A DNA stretch of 64,000 nt from Eledone cirrhosa (Eukaryota). The DNA is taken from NCBI GenBank assembly GCA_964016885.1, contig OZ024756.1:11284001-11348000 (forward strand), read 5' to 3'. Position 1 is the stretch's first letter; each line of letters begins with the position of its first letter. The position numbers and the translations under genes were made by a program. Of this stretch, positions 25,672 to 36,959 are shown in pieces. A model generated the notes under the pieces. It did no database searches and had not been told where the DNA came from. It worked only from the letters and a program-made list of their open reading frames with translations.

Positions 25672-26333
25672 TTAGAGAGAAATGAAGCTTGCATGCTCCG
25701 ATGGATGTGTAATAGTAATATACGCGAACGACAAAGCATAAATGAATTGAGAGAGAGACTGAGCATAAGAGGAATCAAATGCTGTGTGCAGGAGAGGAGG
25801 TTGCGTTGGTATGGACATGTGATGCGTATGAAGGATGACAGCTGCATAAAAAGGTGCAGAGCACTAGAAGTCGATGGAAACCGCGGAGTGGGGAGACCCA
25901 AGATGACCTGGGATGAGGTGATAAAAGCCGACCTTACCCAATTACACCTCTCAAAGGCGATGACACATGACCGTGACCTCTGGCGTCACGCAGTAATACA
26001 GAGTACCCGACCTCCCATGGGTACAAGCTGAAGCATATAGACAATATGCCCCCACACCCCCCACTGCAAGGTGGTCGTGGAGGTGCCACGGCAAAAAAGC
26101 ACCCAGCCCACACTGTAAAATGGATGTGTAGGTGCCACGAAAAAGCACCCAGCACTCACTGTAAATGAGGTTGGTGTTATGAAGGGCATCCAGCTGTAGA
26201 AATCAAGCCAAATCAGTTCCTGTATGAGCAAGGCATGGTCAGCCGACCAGACACTGCCCACAAAAGGACAACCTGTCTAACCCATGCTAGCGTGGAAGAA
26301 CGGACATAAAACGGTGATGATGGTGATGATGAT
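25672..26333 (+). mobile_element. 5'-truncated RTE LINE (subfamily A)
   Basis: Near-identical to 30461-31125; LERNEACMLRWMC...RLRWYGHVMRM; (GAT)n tail. Confidence 0.92.
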
Positions 26334-26345
26334 ATATATATATAT

Positions 26346-27713
26346 TGTCCTACAGGCTGTACCAGAAGGGTTTAAGACTGGCTGCCCATAGGAACTTCTA
26401 TATCCAGATGATCTTACTCTCATAGCTGAATCTATGGCTGAACTAGAGAGGAAGTTCCAAACCTTGTCTAAGACTAAGGTATGTAGAAAGGAGAATAGGG
26501 CACAGGTACCCTCTAGGAAATGGCCATGCTCAGTGTGTAAGAAAGGAGTAGGCAGAAACTCTATGCAAACTATGGGTACATAAAAGATGTAGTGGGATCA
26601 GAGATAAGCTATCTAAGAACGTAGATTTTATATGTGGCCAATGCTCAGATGCAGTCCGTAGCAAGGACCCACTAGATGGTAGCTCCTTCAACTGCCCAGA
26701 TGGTTCTATAGAAATAGTAGGCCCCTTCCGTTACCTGGGTGACAAAGAAGGAGGGTGCTCTGAAAGTGTAGTAGCCAGAGTTAGAATGGGATGGAGAAAG
26801 TTCAGAGAGCTAATACCGCTGTTGGCCACAAGGGGTTTTGCTCTAAAAATGAAAGGCAGATTGTATGATGCATGTATATGAAAGTGATATTACATGGTAG
26901 TGAGACTTGGGCATTGTGTGCTGAAGACCTGCATAGATTAGATAAAAATGAAGCTTGCATGTTCCAATGGATGTGTAATAGTAATGTGCGCGAAAGGCGA
27001 AGTATAAACGAACTAAGCATAAGAGGTATCAAATGTTGTGTTCTGGAGAGGAGACTGCGTTGGTATGTACATGTGATGCATATGAAGGACGACAGCTGTA
27101 TAAAAAAGTGCAGGGCAATGAAAATTGATGGAAGCTACAGAGTGAGTAGACCAAGAAATACCTGGGACGAGGTGATAAAAACTGACCTTGCTCACCTACA
27201 CCTCTCTAAGACAATGTCACAGTGGATCGAAACCTTTGGCGCCATGCAGTTGTACAGAAGACCTGACTGCCATTGCATACAAACCTACAGTCAGTAGGCA
27301 CCTGTTAACTCAATATACACCCCACCACCACACCGTACCCCACCCTCCCTCTCCCATTCCGTCCACTGTGTCGATGACACAACAGTCTACACTGTAAGGT
27401 GGCCATGTAGGAGACATGGTGAAAAGGCTTCCAGTCCACACTGTAAGGTGACCATGTAGGAGACACGGTGAAAAGGCTCCAGCCCACACTGTAAGGTGAC
27501 CATGTAGGAGACACGGTGAAAAGGCTCCCAGTCCACACTGTAAATGTGGTTGGTGTTAGGAAGGGCATCCAGCTGTAAAAAAAAAACCTGTCAGAGACGC
27601 TTCTGTGCGAGCGAGACATGGTCTCCCGACCATTCCCGCATCAAATGGAACAAAACCATCTAATATATGCTAGCGTGGAAGATGGATGTTAAATGATGAT
27701 GATGATGATGATA
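26346..27713 (+). mobile_element. 5'-truncated degenerate RTE LINE
   Basis: GCP*ELLYPDD, Cys-finger remnant, LHGSETW; 48-bp UTR repeats; (GAT)n tail. Confidence 0.88.
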
Positions 27714-27730
27714 TATATATATATATATAT

Positions 27731-30700
27731 GAAGCGCCAACCCAGAGACCCTCCCCTACGAGTGTCGACAAATGCCCAAAACTCCGAGTTGGTACCATCA
27801 ATGTAGGCTCAATGAAAGGAAGAGCAGGAGAAATCGTAGAAATGCTAGAGCGAAAGGAAGTTGATGTATGCTGTGTGCAAGAGACTAGATGGAGAGGAGG
27901 GTCTGCTAGAGTCCTTGTAGGAAAAAGCCAGTGCTACAAATTTTTCTGGGTGGGAAATGACGATGGGATGGGTGGTGTAGGTATACTATTAGCTGACAAC
28001 TGGGTAGATAAAGTAATCTCAGTGTACAGGGTAAATGCAAGAATCATTAAACTCAGACTAGTCCTAAATAAGACAATTACCACAATAATATCAGCTTACG
28101 CACCCCAATCGGGGCTGCCAGACGAACTTAAGGATAGGTTTTACGAGTCCCTAATACACACTACTGCTCTAACAGACGACAAGGACTTCCTAATCATTGC
28201 AGGAGATTTTAACGGACACGTAGGTAAACACTGCGACGGCTTCAATAGAGTACATGGAGGCCATGGAGTTGGCACAAGGAATGAGGAAGGATTCAGACTT
28301 CTAGAATTCTGCGACGCCAATGACATGTCGATATGTAACACAAACTTTAAAAAACCCGACAACCACCTGATCACCTATAGATCAGGGGAGCACTCTAGTC
28401 AGTTAGATTTTATCCTCATCAGAGGACGTGACAGATGGACGGTTGTAAACACAAAAGCCTTCCCTAGTGAGGAATGTACATCCCAACATAGCTTAGTTGT
28501 CAGCGACCTCACGGTCAGAACTAGACGAACCCGGAAACAGAGGCCAACCTGGAGAAGAAAGATCTGGAAGCTGAAAGTCCCCTCAACCAGTAACAGATTT
28601 AAAGATATTTTACTCAACACCTACGACAGTAAAGAAGAACAGATAGAGACATTTAACGTAGAAGAGAACTGGGAGTTCCTAAAAAATAACTTACTAGAGG
28701 CGACGGATGAGGTTTGTGGCTGGAGTAAGACCTCAAGCAGGAGGAGAGTGACTTGGTGGTGGAACAATAAGGTAGATGAAGCAGTCAAGGCCAAGAGACA
28801 GGCATGGAAAGAATGGAAGAACGGGGGGAGCAGGGTACATTACATAGAGACCAAGAGGGAAGCTAGGCGACAAGTATACTTAGCTAGGAGGGAAGCAGAG
28901 GATAGAAAATTCAAGCATGTTTTACAACGTGAGGACCAGAAACAGGAGGTATTCAAGATTGCGAGGCAGTGTATCAGAGATAGTTGTGATGTCATTGGAG
29001 AGAAGTGTATCCGGAATGATAAAGGTGAGCTTGCCCTCACAAGTGCTGAGAAGAAAGATGCATGGAAGAGTCATTATGATAGATTACTAAATGAGGAGAA
29101 TGCATGGGAAGAAGAGACCCTACCCCACGTAGACCCTATAGAGGGACCAGCAGTACATGTCAGCGGCAGCGTAGTAAGTAAGGCAATCAGAGATATGAAG
29201 ATAGGGAAGGCAACCGGTCCATCGGGTATAGCTGCCGAGATGCTGAAGGCATCTGGGTCTGTAGGTCACACTATAACCACACGTATCGTTAACCAGGTAA
29301 TACTAGAAGGGGCCATACCAAAAGATTGGTGCAGTAGCATCATTGTCAACTGCTACAAAGGTAAAGGCGATGCACTAGATAGAGGAAACTATAGAGGTAT
29401 AAAGTTGATGGACCAGGTCATGAAAGTAACAGAAAGAGTTATAGCACAGCTGATTAGGGACGGGGTGAATATAGACGAGATGCAATTTGGGTTTGTACCA
29501 GGGAAAGGCACCACTGATGCCCTCTTCCTTGTGAGGCAATTACAGGAAAAGTACCTAGCTAAAAGTAAGCCACTCTACTTGGCATTTGTCAACCTTGAGA
29601 AAGCCTTTGACAGAGTTCCACGTGCAGTAATCTGGTGGGCTCTTAGAAAACTAGGAGTAGATGAATGGCTTGTGAAAGCGGTACAAGCCATGTATAGGGG
29701 AGCAGTCAGCAAAGTTAGGATTAGCAATGAGTATAGCGAGGAATTTAGCGTACAGGTTGGGGTCCACCAGGGCTCTGTTCTTAGCCCTCTCCTGTTCATC
29801 ATAGTCCTGCAGGCAATAACGGAGGAGTTTAAGACCGGATGCCCATGGGAACTCCTGTATGCTGATGACCTCGCACTCATAGCTGAATCTATGGTAGAAC
29901 TAGAGAATAAATTCCAAACCTGGAAGCAGGGACTAGAGAGAAAGGGCCTCAAAGTCAACATGACAAAGACTAAGGTCCTTGTAAGTAGACGAGAAAACAG
30001 AACCCAGATCCCCTCAGGGAAATGGCCTTGCTCAGTATGTAGGAAAGGTGTAGGTAGGAACTCCATTCTCTGCCCCAAATGCAAACAATGGGTACACAAG
30101 AGATGTAGCGGGATCTCAGGAAGCTTAATTAAGAATGTAGGATTCACATGCAGCAGCTGTGCTGAAACAGCAAGCAAACAGCCACAGGAAACAAGTACCA
30201 CCAATCTCTGGGAGGGCCCTGTAGAAACAGTAGACAGCTTCTGCTACCTAGGTGACCGAATTAGCAACGGAGGTGGGTGCTCAGAAAGTACAATAACTAG
30301 GGTAAGAACGGGATGGAAGAAGTTTAGGGAACTACTACCACTGCTAGCTGCAAAAGGCTTCTCCCTCAGAATGAAAGGCAGACTGTATGATGCGTGTATC
30401 CGAACAGCGATGTTGCATGGTAGTGAGACCTGGGCGCTGAAGGTGGAAGACTTACGTAGATTAGAGAGAAACGAAGCCTGCATGCTCCGATGGATGTGTA
30501 ACAGTAATATACGTGAACGACAAAGCATAAAGGAATTGAGAGAGAGACTGAGCATAAGAGGAATCAAATGCTGCGTGCAGGAGAGGCGGTTACGCTGGTA
30601 TGGACATGTGATGCGTATGAAGGATGACAGCTGCATAAAAAGGTGCAGAGCACTAGAAGTTGATGGAAACCGCGGAGTGGGGAGACCCAAGATGACTTGG

Positions 30701-30820
30701 GATGAGGTGATAAAAGCCGACCTTACCCAACTACACCTCTCAAAGACAATGACACACGACCGTGACTTCTGGCGTCACGCAGTAATACAGGGTACCCGAC
30801 CTCCCATGGGTACATGCTGA
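27731..30820 (+). CDS. RTE ORF: APE + RT with inserted PHD-like finger; uninterrupted, native start truncated
   Basis: INVG, CVQET, SAYAP, GDFNGH; NYRGIKL, QFGF, FVNLEKAFD, GVHQGSVLSP, YADD; C4HC3 at 30029-30160; LRWYGHV. Confidence 0.95.
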   Translation, partial: EAPTQRPSPTSVDKCPKLRVGTINVGSMKGRAGEIVEMLERKEVDVCCVQETRWRGGSARVLVGKSQCYKFFWVGNDDGMGGVGILLADNWVDKVISVYRVNARIIKLRLVLNKTITTIISAYAPQSGLPDELKDRFYESLIHTTALTDDKDFLIIAGDFNGHVGKHCDGFNRVHGGHGVGTRNEEGFRLLEFCDANDMSICNTNFKKPDNHLITYRSGEHSSQLDFILIRGRDRWTVVNTKAFPSEECTSQHSLVVSDLTVRTRRTRKQRPTWRRKIWKLKVPSTSNRFKDILLNTYDSKEEQIETFNVEENWEFLKNNLLEATDEVCGWSKTSSRRRVTWWWNNKVDEAVKAKRQAWKEWKNGGSRVHYIETKREARRQVYLARREAEDRKFKHVLQREDQKQEVFKIARQCIRDSCDVIGEKCIRNDKGELALTSAEKKDAWKSHYDRLLNEENAWEEETLPHVDPIEGPAVHVSGSVVSKAIRDMKIGKATGPSGIAAEMLKASGSVGHTITTRIVNQVILEGAIPKDWCSSIIVNCYKGKGDALDRGNYRGIKLMDQVMKVTERVIAQLIRDGVNIDEMQFGFVPGKGTTDALFLVRQLQEKYLAKSKPLYLAFVNLEKAFDRVPRAVIWWALRKLGVDEWLVKAVQAMYRGAVSKVRISNEYSEEFSVQVGVHQGSVLSPLLFIIVLQAITEEFKTGCPWELLYADDLALIAESMVELENKFQTWKQGLERKGLKVNMTKTKVLVSRRENRTQIPSGKWPCSVCRKGVGRNSILCPKCKQWVHKRCSGISGSLIKNVGFTCSSCAETASKQPQETSTTNLWEGPVETVDSFCYLGDRISNGGGCSESTITRVRTGWKKFRELLPLLAAKGFSLRMKGRLYDACIRTAMLHGSETWALKVEDLRRLERNEACMLRWMCNSNIRERQSIKELRERLSIRGIKCCVQERRLRWYGHVMRMKDDSCIKRCRALEVDGNRGVGRPKMTWDEVIKADLTQLHLSKTMTHDRDFWRHAVIQGTRPPMGTC

Positions 30821-31125
30821 AGCATATAAACAATATGCCCCCACTCCCCCCACCGCAAGGTGGTCGTGGAGGTGCCACGGCAAAAAAGCACCCAGCCCAC
30901 ACTGTAAAGTGGACGTGTAGGCGCCACGAAAAAGCACCCAGCACTCACTGTAAATGAGGTTGGTGTTAGGAAGGGCATCCAGTTGTAGAAATCAAGCCAG
31001 ATCAGTTCCTGTATGAGCAAGGTATGGTCAGCCGACCAGACACTGCCCACAACAGGACAACCCGTCTAACCCATGCTAGCGTGGAAGAACGGACGTAAAA
31101 CGGTGATGATGATGATGATGATGAT
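27731..31125 (+). mobile_element. Near full-length RTE-clade LINE (subfamily A)
   Basis: Single ORF, 3' UTR and (GAT)n tail; starts abruptly after (TA)n. Confidence 0.95.
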
Positions 31126-31306
31126 ATATATACAAGTTAATATAAATTAATATATATGATAAAACACAAATACCAACATATAAGTGTTTGTATTGTAAAT
31201 GACTAAGTTAGCTAGATTGAAAAATACTAATTATAATAATACAGTTTGCCTGTCTCGATTTAAAATAATAAATCAATAAAAACAAACGATATTGGCAAAT
31301 GGCCGT

Positions 31307-31434
31307 GGTACTTAGACAAATTTAAATTTCAAAATCAAACCTGTTCCGGAGATAAGTTTAAACTTCAAAATCCAAATAAGTTTCAAGATGAAAAAGTGAA
31401 AAAATACCCCGTTCAGCTCTCCTCAGTAAGTACC
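31307..31434 (-). ncRNA. Candidate type I hammerhead ribozyme with expanded stem II
   Basis: Minus: GGTACTTA-CTGAGGA-G...T-GAAA-TTTAAATTT-GTC-TAAGTACC; perfect 8-bp stem I; stem II region long and poorly paired. Confidence 0.45.
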
Positions 31435-31596
31435 CTGAACAATTGGTATGCTTCACTTCAAAATATTTAAAAAGACTGTTTAACACACATGGTTTTCCAG
31501 TTTCTAGCTGCCGCATACTCGTTCTGCTAGAAATAACAGCCGTTTATATGGGGCTAAAGTTAGCTCTACATAAGGAGCAGTGATACTAAGAATAAT

Positions 31597-31767
31597 TGTT
31601 TCTACTTTAGGCACAAGGCCAGAAATTACCCAGTGCATTACTGGTACTTTATTTTATCGACCCCGTAAGGATGAAAGGCAAAGTCAACCTCAGCGGGATT
31701 TGAACTCAGATCATAAAGGGACGTAACTATGCTGGAAAGCATGGCGTCCGACCCTCTACCGATACTA
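31597..31767 (-). mobile_element. Meta-like SINE
   Basis: Matches 1229-1415; flanking duplication GATACTAAGAATAAT. Confidence 0.85.
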
Positions 31768-32116
31768 AGAATAATGAGTTCTAAACTCAAGCAGACCTTT
31801 ACAATGAAATAGCTCAAAGAAAAAAGTATTTCTGAGCCGTGTAATACAAGTTATATAGTCATCTGATCCAGAAATATTATATGGAGTAGCGAAACAATTG
31901 TAAACGGACATTATTATTATTAATATTATTATTATTATTATTCTCTACATTCCTTACATCAAACTAAAATATGTTGACAATCTTTTAATAATGTCTTCCT
32001 TGTGAAATTTGTGGTCTTGTTTTGCTTAACTAATGAATATATATATATATATATATGTAATTATGGGTAATCCGCTATGTTAGAGTGAAAACTCAGATTC
32101 TAATTTTGTTTTTATG

Positions 32117-32163
<47 letters not shown>

Positions 32164-32165
<2 letters not shown>

Positions 32166-32709
32166 CAAATAGGGGCCAATCTACTGACATATGACTTTAA
32201 AGAGGCTGTTTGCATAATTGCAAACGAATCGTATATTATTATTAATATTCGAAAATCTCAGATTACATTTATTGTATTCAGCCATGTAGAGTGATAACTA
32301 GTTGTTAGTTATTTGAATATGGCAAAGCCAGCCATTTATCGCTCGTATACATGAAACTGACTGGCCTATCTGCTGATATGCAAATCTGGCTGATCAGTGG
32401 GTCTACTAATATGCAGATCTGATTGATCACCAGTCTGTTAATATGCAAATCAGGCCGATCAGTCACTGTATATTCCAGAAGATATCATATATTTTCACTA
32501 GCTCTGACAGTTGGCAGGTAAGCAGTATACAGTACTGATGAAGGGTAATCACCCAGAAACATTAGTGTCTGCAGTTCTGTTTACATGCCAAACACAAGAG
32601 CAAGAATGGGGGGTTCATTCTACTGACATGGCTTTAAAGAGACTGTTTGCATAATTACAAATAAATCGAATATTATTATTAATATTCGAAAAACTCAGAT
32701 TACATTTAT
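32164..32709 (+). mobile_element. Non-coding element with ~100-bp terminal direct repeats and hammerhead-like motif (retrozyme/PLE-like)
   Basis: Repeats at ~32172-32272 and ~32608-32709; CTGATGA-AGGGT-AATC-ACCCA-GAAA-CATTAGT-GTC at 32530-32574; another fragment at 47459-47597. Confidence 0.6.
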
Positions 32710-32723
32710 ATATACATATATAT

Positions 32724-32773
<50 letters not shown>

Positions 32774-32799
32774 CACACACACACACACACATATATAAA

Positions 32800-33125
32800 T
32801 ACCCCCACCCCATGTACACCGCCCCTTTCAATGTAAAGTTATGTTGGTACCACAACATCCAGGCCGAAACAAATGAGGTCGTGTAGGTTCACGACAAAAA
32901 AACACACAGTCCACGCTGTAATGTGGCCGTGTAGGTAACACGGTAAAAACCTCCCAGTTCCACACTGTAAATGTGGTTGGTGTTAGGAAGGGCATCCAGC
33001 CGTAGAAAACCCGCCAGACAGTCCTATGCTAGCAAGACAACCACTCTTGCCTCAAGTGGGAAAACTCCCGTCCAAACCCATGCAAGCGTGGAATATGGAC
33101 ATTAAACGATGATGATGATGATGAT
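32800..33125 (+). mobile_element. RTE 3' UTR fragment
   Basis: Near-identical to 51490-51803; (GAT)n tail. Confidence 0.8.
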
Positions 33126-33656
33126 ATATATGTGTATATATATATTATATATGAGGTTCACTGTAAAACTATGAAGGAGTCCTTTACACTGCAGTCTCTC
33201 TATGAACCAAATTTAGAGGAAAAAACTTTCCCTCAAATCACACTCTGCTGTCTCTAAAAGACTAGGAAGGACACACAGGATAATGTAGTCCAAGGTTGAC
33301 TAGGTACCAAGACAATCAATATATTTAACTCTATTTTGTTTATTTCTTATATTGGAAACATTGGAATTAATCAAACTCACCTTTTTATTAATTAAATGTG
33401 TTTGTAATTAATTATTAATTAGATATGGGGTTATAATTAAATAATCAATTAATCTCATTTCCTGGTCTCTCAATATCTTTTGTGAATATTTCTCTATTTA
33501 TAGTAGTTAATTACTTACTGGAAGGGATCTCAGTCACTTTCAACGATGAGCTGAAACAGTTCAAGAAATTAATGTGTAAGTAGCTGAGCATTCCACAGAC
33601 ACGTGTGCCAGAGTTGTCAGGGAGATTTAACATAACACATATACACACATATATAT

Positions 33657-34675
33657 GTCATCATTATCATCATCATCACCATTATCTGCTTTTCCCTTCT
33701 TGCAAGGGTGGGAAGGGTCCTATTCAGCACAGCATCTCTCCATTCGTCACAGTCCTTTGCCATCTCTTCTGTGAGATTTAGCGATCTGAGGTCAGTTCTC
33801 ACCACCTCCGCCCATGTTTTTTGTGGCCTTCCCATATCCTCCACAGTTGCTGCCCATGTCTCACTACCATGCAGCATCGTGCATCTCACACAGGCATCAT
33901 ACAACCGACCTTTTGTTCATAGGGAGAAACCCTTCTTTGTCAACAGAAGAAGCAGCTCCCTAAACTTCTTCCAACCTGTCCTTAATCTATATACTATGGC
34001 CTCGGAGCATCCCCTCCCTTGCTAATCTGATCACCTAGATATCAGAAGCTATAAAACACCTCTATAGATCCTACCTGCATTTGAAAAATGTGACTGTCAC
34101 TGACACTTCTTCAATTTTCCTGAACATCTACTGCATTTGTAGTGTTCCCTATCTGTTAGTTTGCCTGCTATCCCACTACATCTCTTGAGCACCCAAGACC
34201 TGCATTGTGTACATTCTATAGAGTTTATGCCAACTCCTTTTCTACATATTGAACATGACCATTTCCTTGATGGAATCAGAGTTTTGTCCTCTTTTCTACT
34301 TATCCACACTTTAGTCTTTACTAGGTTCACTCTCAGTCCTCTTGATTCCAACTGCTGTTTCCATAGCCAGAATTTATTCTCTAGCTCCTCTACTGATTCT
34401 GCTATAAGAACCAGATCGTCAGCATAGAGAAGTTCCCATGGGCAGCCAGTCTTAAACGCCTCTGTTATGGCTTGGAGAACTATAATGAATAAGAGTGAGC
34501 TGAGGACTGAACCCTGATGAACTCCTACTTGTACTAGAATTCTCACTAATCTCCATCCCTACTCTCACTTTACTGACAGCACCCCTGTACATAGCTTGTA
34601 CTGTCCTCACAAGCCATTCCTCTACACCTAGTTTCCTTAGGGACCACCAGATGACAGATTGGGGTACCCTATCAA
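33657..34675 (-). mobile_element. RTE LINE (subfamily B) 3' half, internally deleted
   Basis: GVHQGSVLS, YADD, Cys finger and LHGSETW on minus. Confidence 0.88.
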
Positions 34676-34890
34676 AGAAATCTGCCAAGAAATTCCAGTA
34701 GAAGGAAGATGCAGTCGAGAAAACCACGAAAAACATGGGCAGAGGTGGTGAGAGCTGACCTCAGAACGCTGAAGCTCATGCAGGAGATAACAAAGGACTG
34801 TGACGCATGGAGAAATGCTGTGCTTAATAAGACCCGTCCCACCCTTGCAAGCAGGGAAAAGCAGACGTAAGATGATGATGATGGTGATGA
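34676..34890 (+). mobile_element. RTE subfamily B 3' end
   Basis: Matches 50735-50948; (GAT)n tail. Confidence 0.8.
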
Positions 34891-34904
34891 TATATATATA
34901 TATC

Positions 34905-35250
34905 ATCATTCATTCATCATTTCATTTTACGTCCGCTTTTTCCCTGCTTGCAAGGGTGGGACGGGAACTGATTTTGGCTTGATTTCTACAGCTGGATGCC
35001 CTTCCTAACACCAACCTCATTTACAGTGAGTGCTGGGTGCTTTTTTGCCGTGGCACCTCCACGACCACTTTGCAGTGGAATGATATGGACCCCAGTCCCT
35101 ATCATCTCATTTCTACAGCTGAGTAAACTGGAGCAATGTGAAATAAAGTGTCTTGCTCAAGGAAACAACACATCACCCGGTCTGAGAATTGAACTCACAA
35201 CCTTTCGATTGCAAGGCCAATGCTCTAACCACTAAGCCATGTGCCTCCAT
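34905..35250 (-). mobile_element. Full-length tRNA/CORE-like SINE with RTE tail
   Basis: Reverse complement of the 47853-48178 family. Confidence 0.88.
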
Positions 35251-35261
35251 ATATATATATA

Positions 35262-35650
35262 ATCATCATCCTCATCATCATCTTTTAATGTCTATCTTCC
35301 ACGCTAGCATGGATTGGTCAGGTTTGTCCCACTTAATGCAAGATTAGTCAGGTGACTGTATCTCGCTTGTATAGGACTGTTTCTGGCTGGTTTTCTATGG
35401 CTGTATGCCCATCCTAACCCAACCCCATTTACAGTGTGGACTGAGAGCCTTTTTGCCGTGTCTCCTACACTGCCACTTTACAGTGTGGGCTGGGTGCTTT
35501 TTGTCGTGTCACCTACACGACCACCTTACAGTGAACAGAAATGGGATGATGGTGTGGGGGGTGGGGTGTATATTTGGTTAAGAGGAACCTACTGACTGTA
35601 CGTTTAAGTTTGTACATAATGGAAGGCGGGTCTTCTGTATAACTGCATAT
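35262..35650 (-). mobile_element. RTE 3' UTR fragment
   Basis: (CAT)n tail, CCACGCTAGCATGG, 48-bp units. Confidence 0.7.
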
Positions 35651-35694
35651 CAAGGAGAGAGGGAAAAGAATATATATATATATATATATATAAG

Positions 35695-36642
35695 AGGGTG
35701 TTAAAGTTTGCTTGAAGCATTGTGAAATGTGTAAAAATACGTATTTAAGAAAGCCACAACAATGCAAAGGGAAATCTCGAGGGAGGAAGTGAAATATAGA
35801 TAGGAAAAACAGGTGAAAGTGAAAGTTGAGAGAGACAAAGATGAAAACAAAACAAAGGTAGAAGGGTTACCGTAGTAGAGATTTTAATCCCAATATTTCG
35901 GGCTCACGCCCATCAACGGGGGAAAAGTTCCAAAAGGGGGGAAAACAGGCCAAGCGGAGAAAGTGTTGATGTCGTTAAGACAGGAATGCCGTTATGGGGA
36001 GAAAAATATTTAAAATTTACACGAGGGAGAGAATGCGCGTGCGCGTGATAAGCTGTGGCAAAAGCTACTGACCAAATGGGTTAAATCAAGAGGGTGCGTT
36101 AGCGTGTGAAAGCCTTAAGATATGTGTATGTAAATATATATGTGTGTGTGACTGTGTGTGTATAGGTGTGAGTGTGTATATGTGTGAGTGTGTGTGTGTG
36201 TGAAAGGTAGTGGGCTGTAGAAGTTGGAAATCAAAGGGTGTGAAAGGTGGTAGGTTGTAAAATATGTGTGCGTGTATAAATATAGAAGTGTGTGTGTGTA
36301 AGCGTATGGGTATACATGTGTGTGTGTAACTGTGTATGTATATGTGTGAGTGCGTTTGTGTGTGAAAGATAGTGGGCTGTAGAAGCTGGAAATCAAAGGG
36401 TGTGAAAGGTGGTAGGTTGTAAAAACATGTGTGCGTGTAAAATATAGAAGTGTGTGTGCATGCGTATGGGTATGCATATACGTGCGTGTGTGTGAATATA
36501 ACAGGCCGTAGGCTGTGAATGGTCATTATGGTTAAATTAGCCATGTCAGCTCATTTCTCTCGGCCCGGTTGTTAAGTGGGGGTCTGAGGTTCTTAATAAC
36601 AAGTGCTTCCTTTATCCTTAAGGATCCGATGCTGCGTTCGGA
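35695..36642 (-). mobile_element. Penelope-like element 3' fragment (GIY-YIG C-terminus + UTR)
   Basis: Minus translation SLRIKEALVIKNLRPPLN..E resembles the PLE endonuclease end; internal ~150-bp duplication; bounded by (TA)n. Confidence 0.55.
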
Positions 36643-36655
36643 TATATATATATAT

Positions 36656-36955
36656 ATCATCATCATCATCAACATCGTTTTTACATCCATTTTTCCATAC
36701 TGGCATGGGTTGGACGGGTCCTTTTCAGCATATCTCTCCACTTGTCATGTTCCTTCATCATCTCTGTGAGTCTCAACAATTTGAGGTCAGCTCTCACCAC
36801 CTCTGCCCAGGTATTTCTCAGTCTACCTCTATTGTGGTTTACTTCCAGTGGGATTTCTTGGCACTGCTTCACCCAGCAATCATCATCCATGAGCATCACA
36901 TGTCCAAACTAATGCAGTCTTCTCTCCTGCACACTACTTCAGATTCCTCTTAAAC
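36656..36955 (-). mobile_element. RTE 3' fragment
   Basis: DDCWVKQCQEI...RGRLRNTWAEVV on minus; (CAT)n tail. Confidence 0.8.
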
Positions 36956-36959
36956 CCAG

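Noticed and set aside
27686-27730. Listed start of the 1044-aa RTE ORF (MLNDDDDDDIYIY)
   Set aside because: Comes from the previous element's (GAT)n tail and (TA)n; not the native N-terminus
35885-35925. Hammerhead in the PLE 3' fragment
   Set aside because: Stem II and GAAA are present but the CUGANGA box is broken
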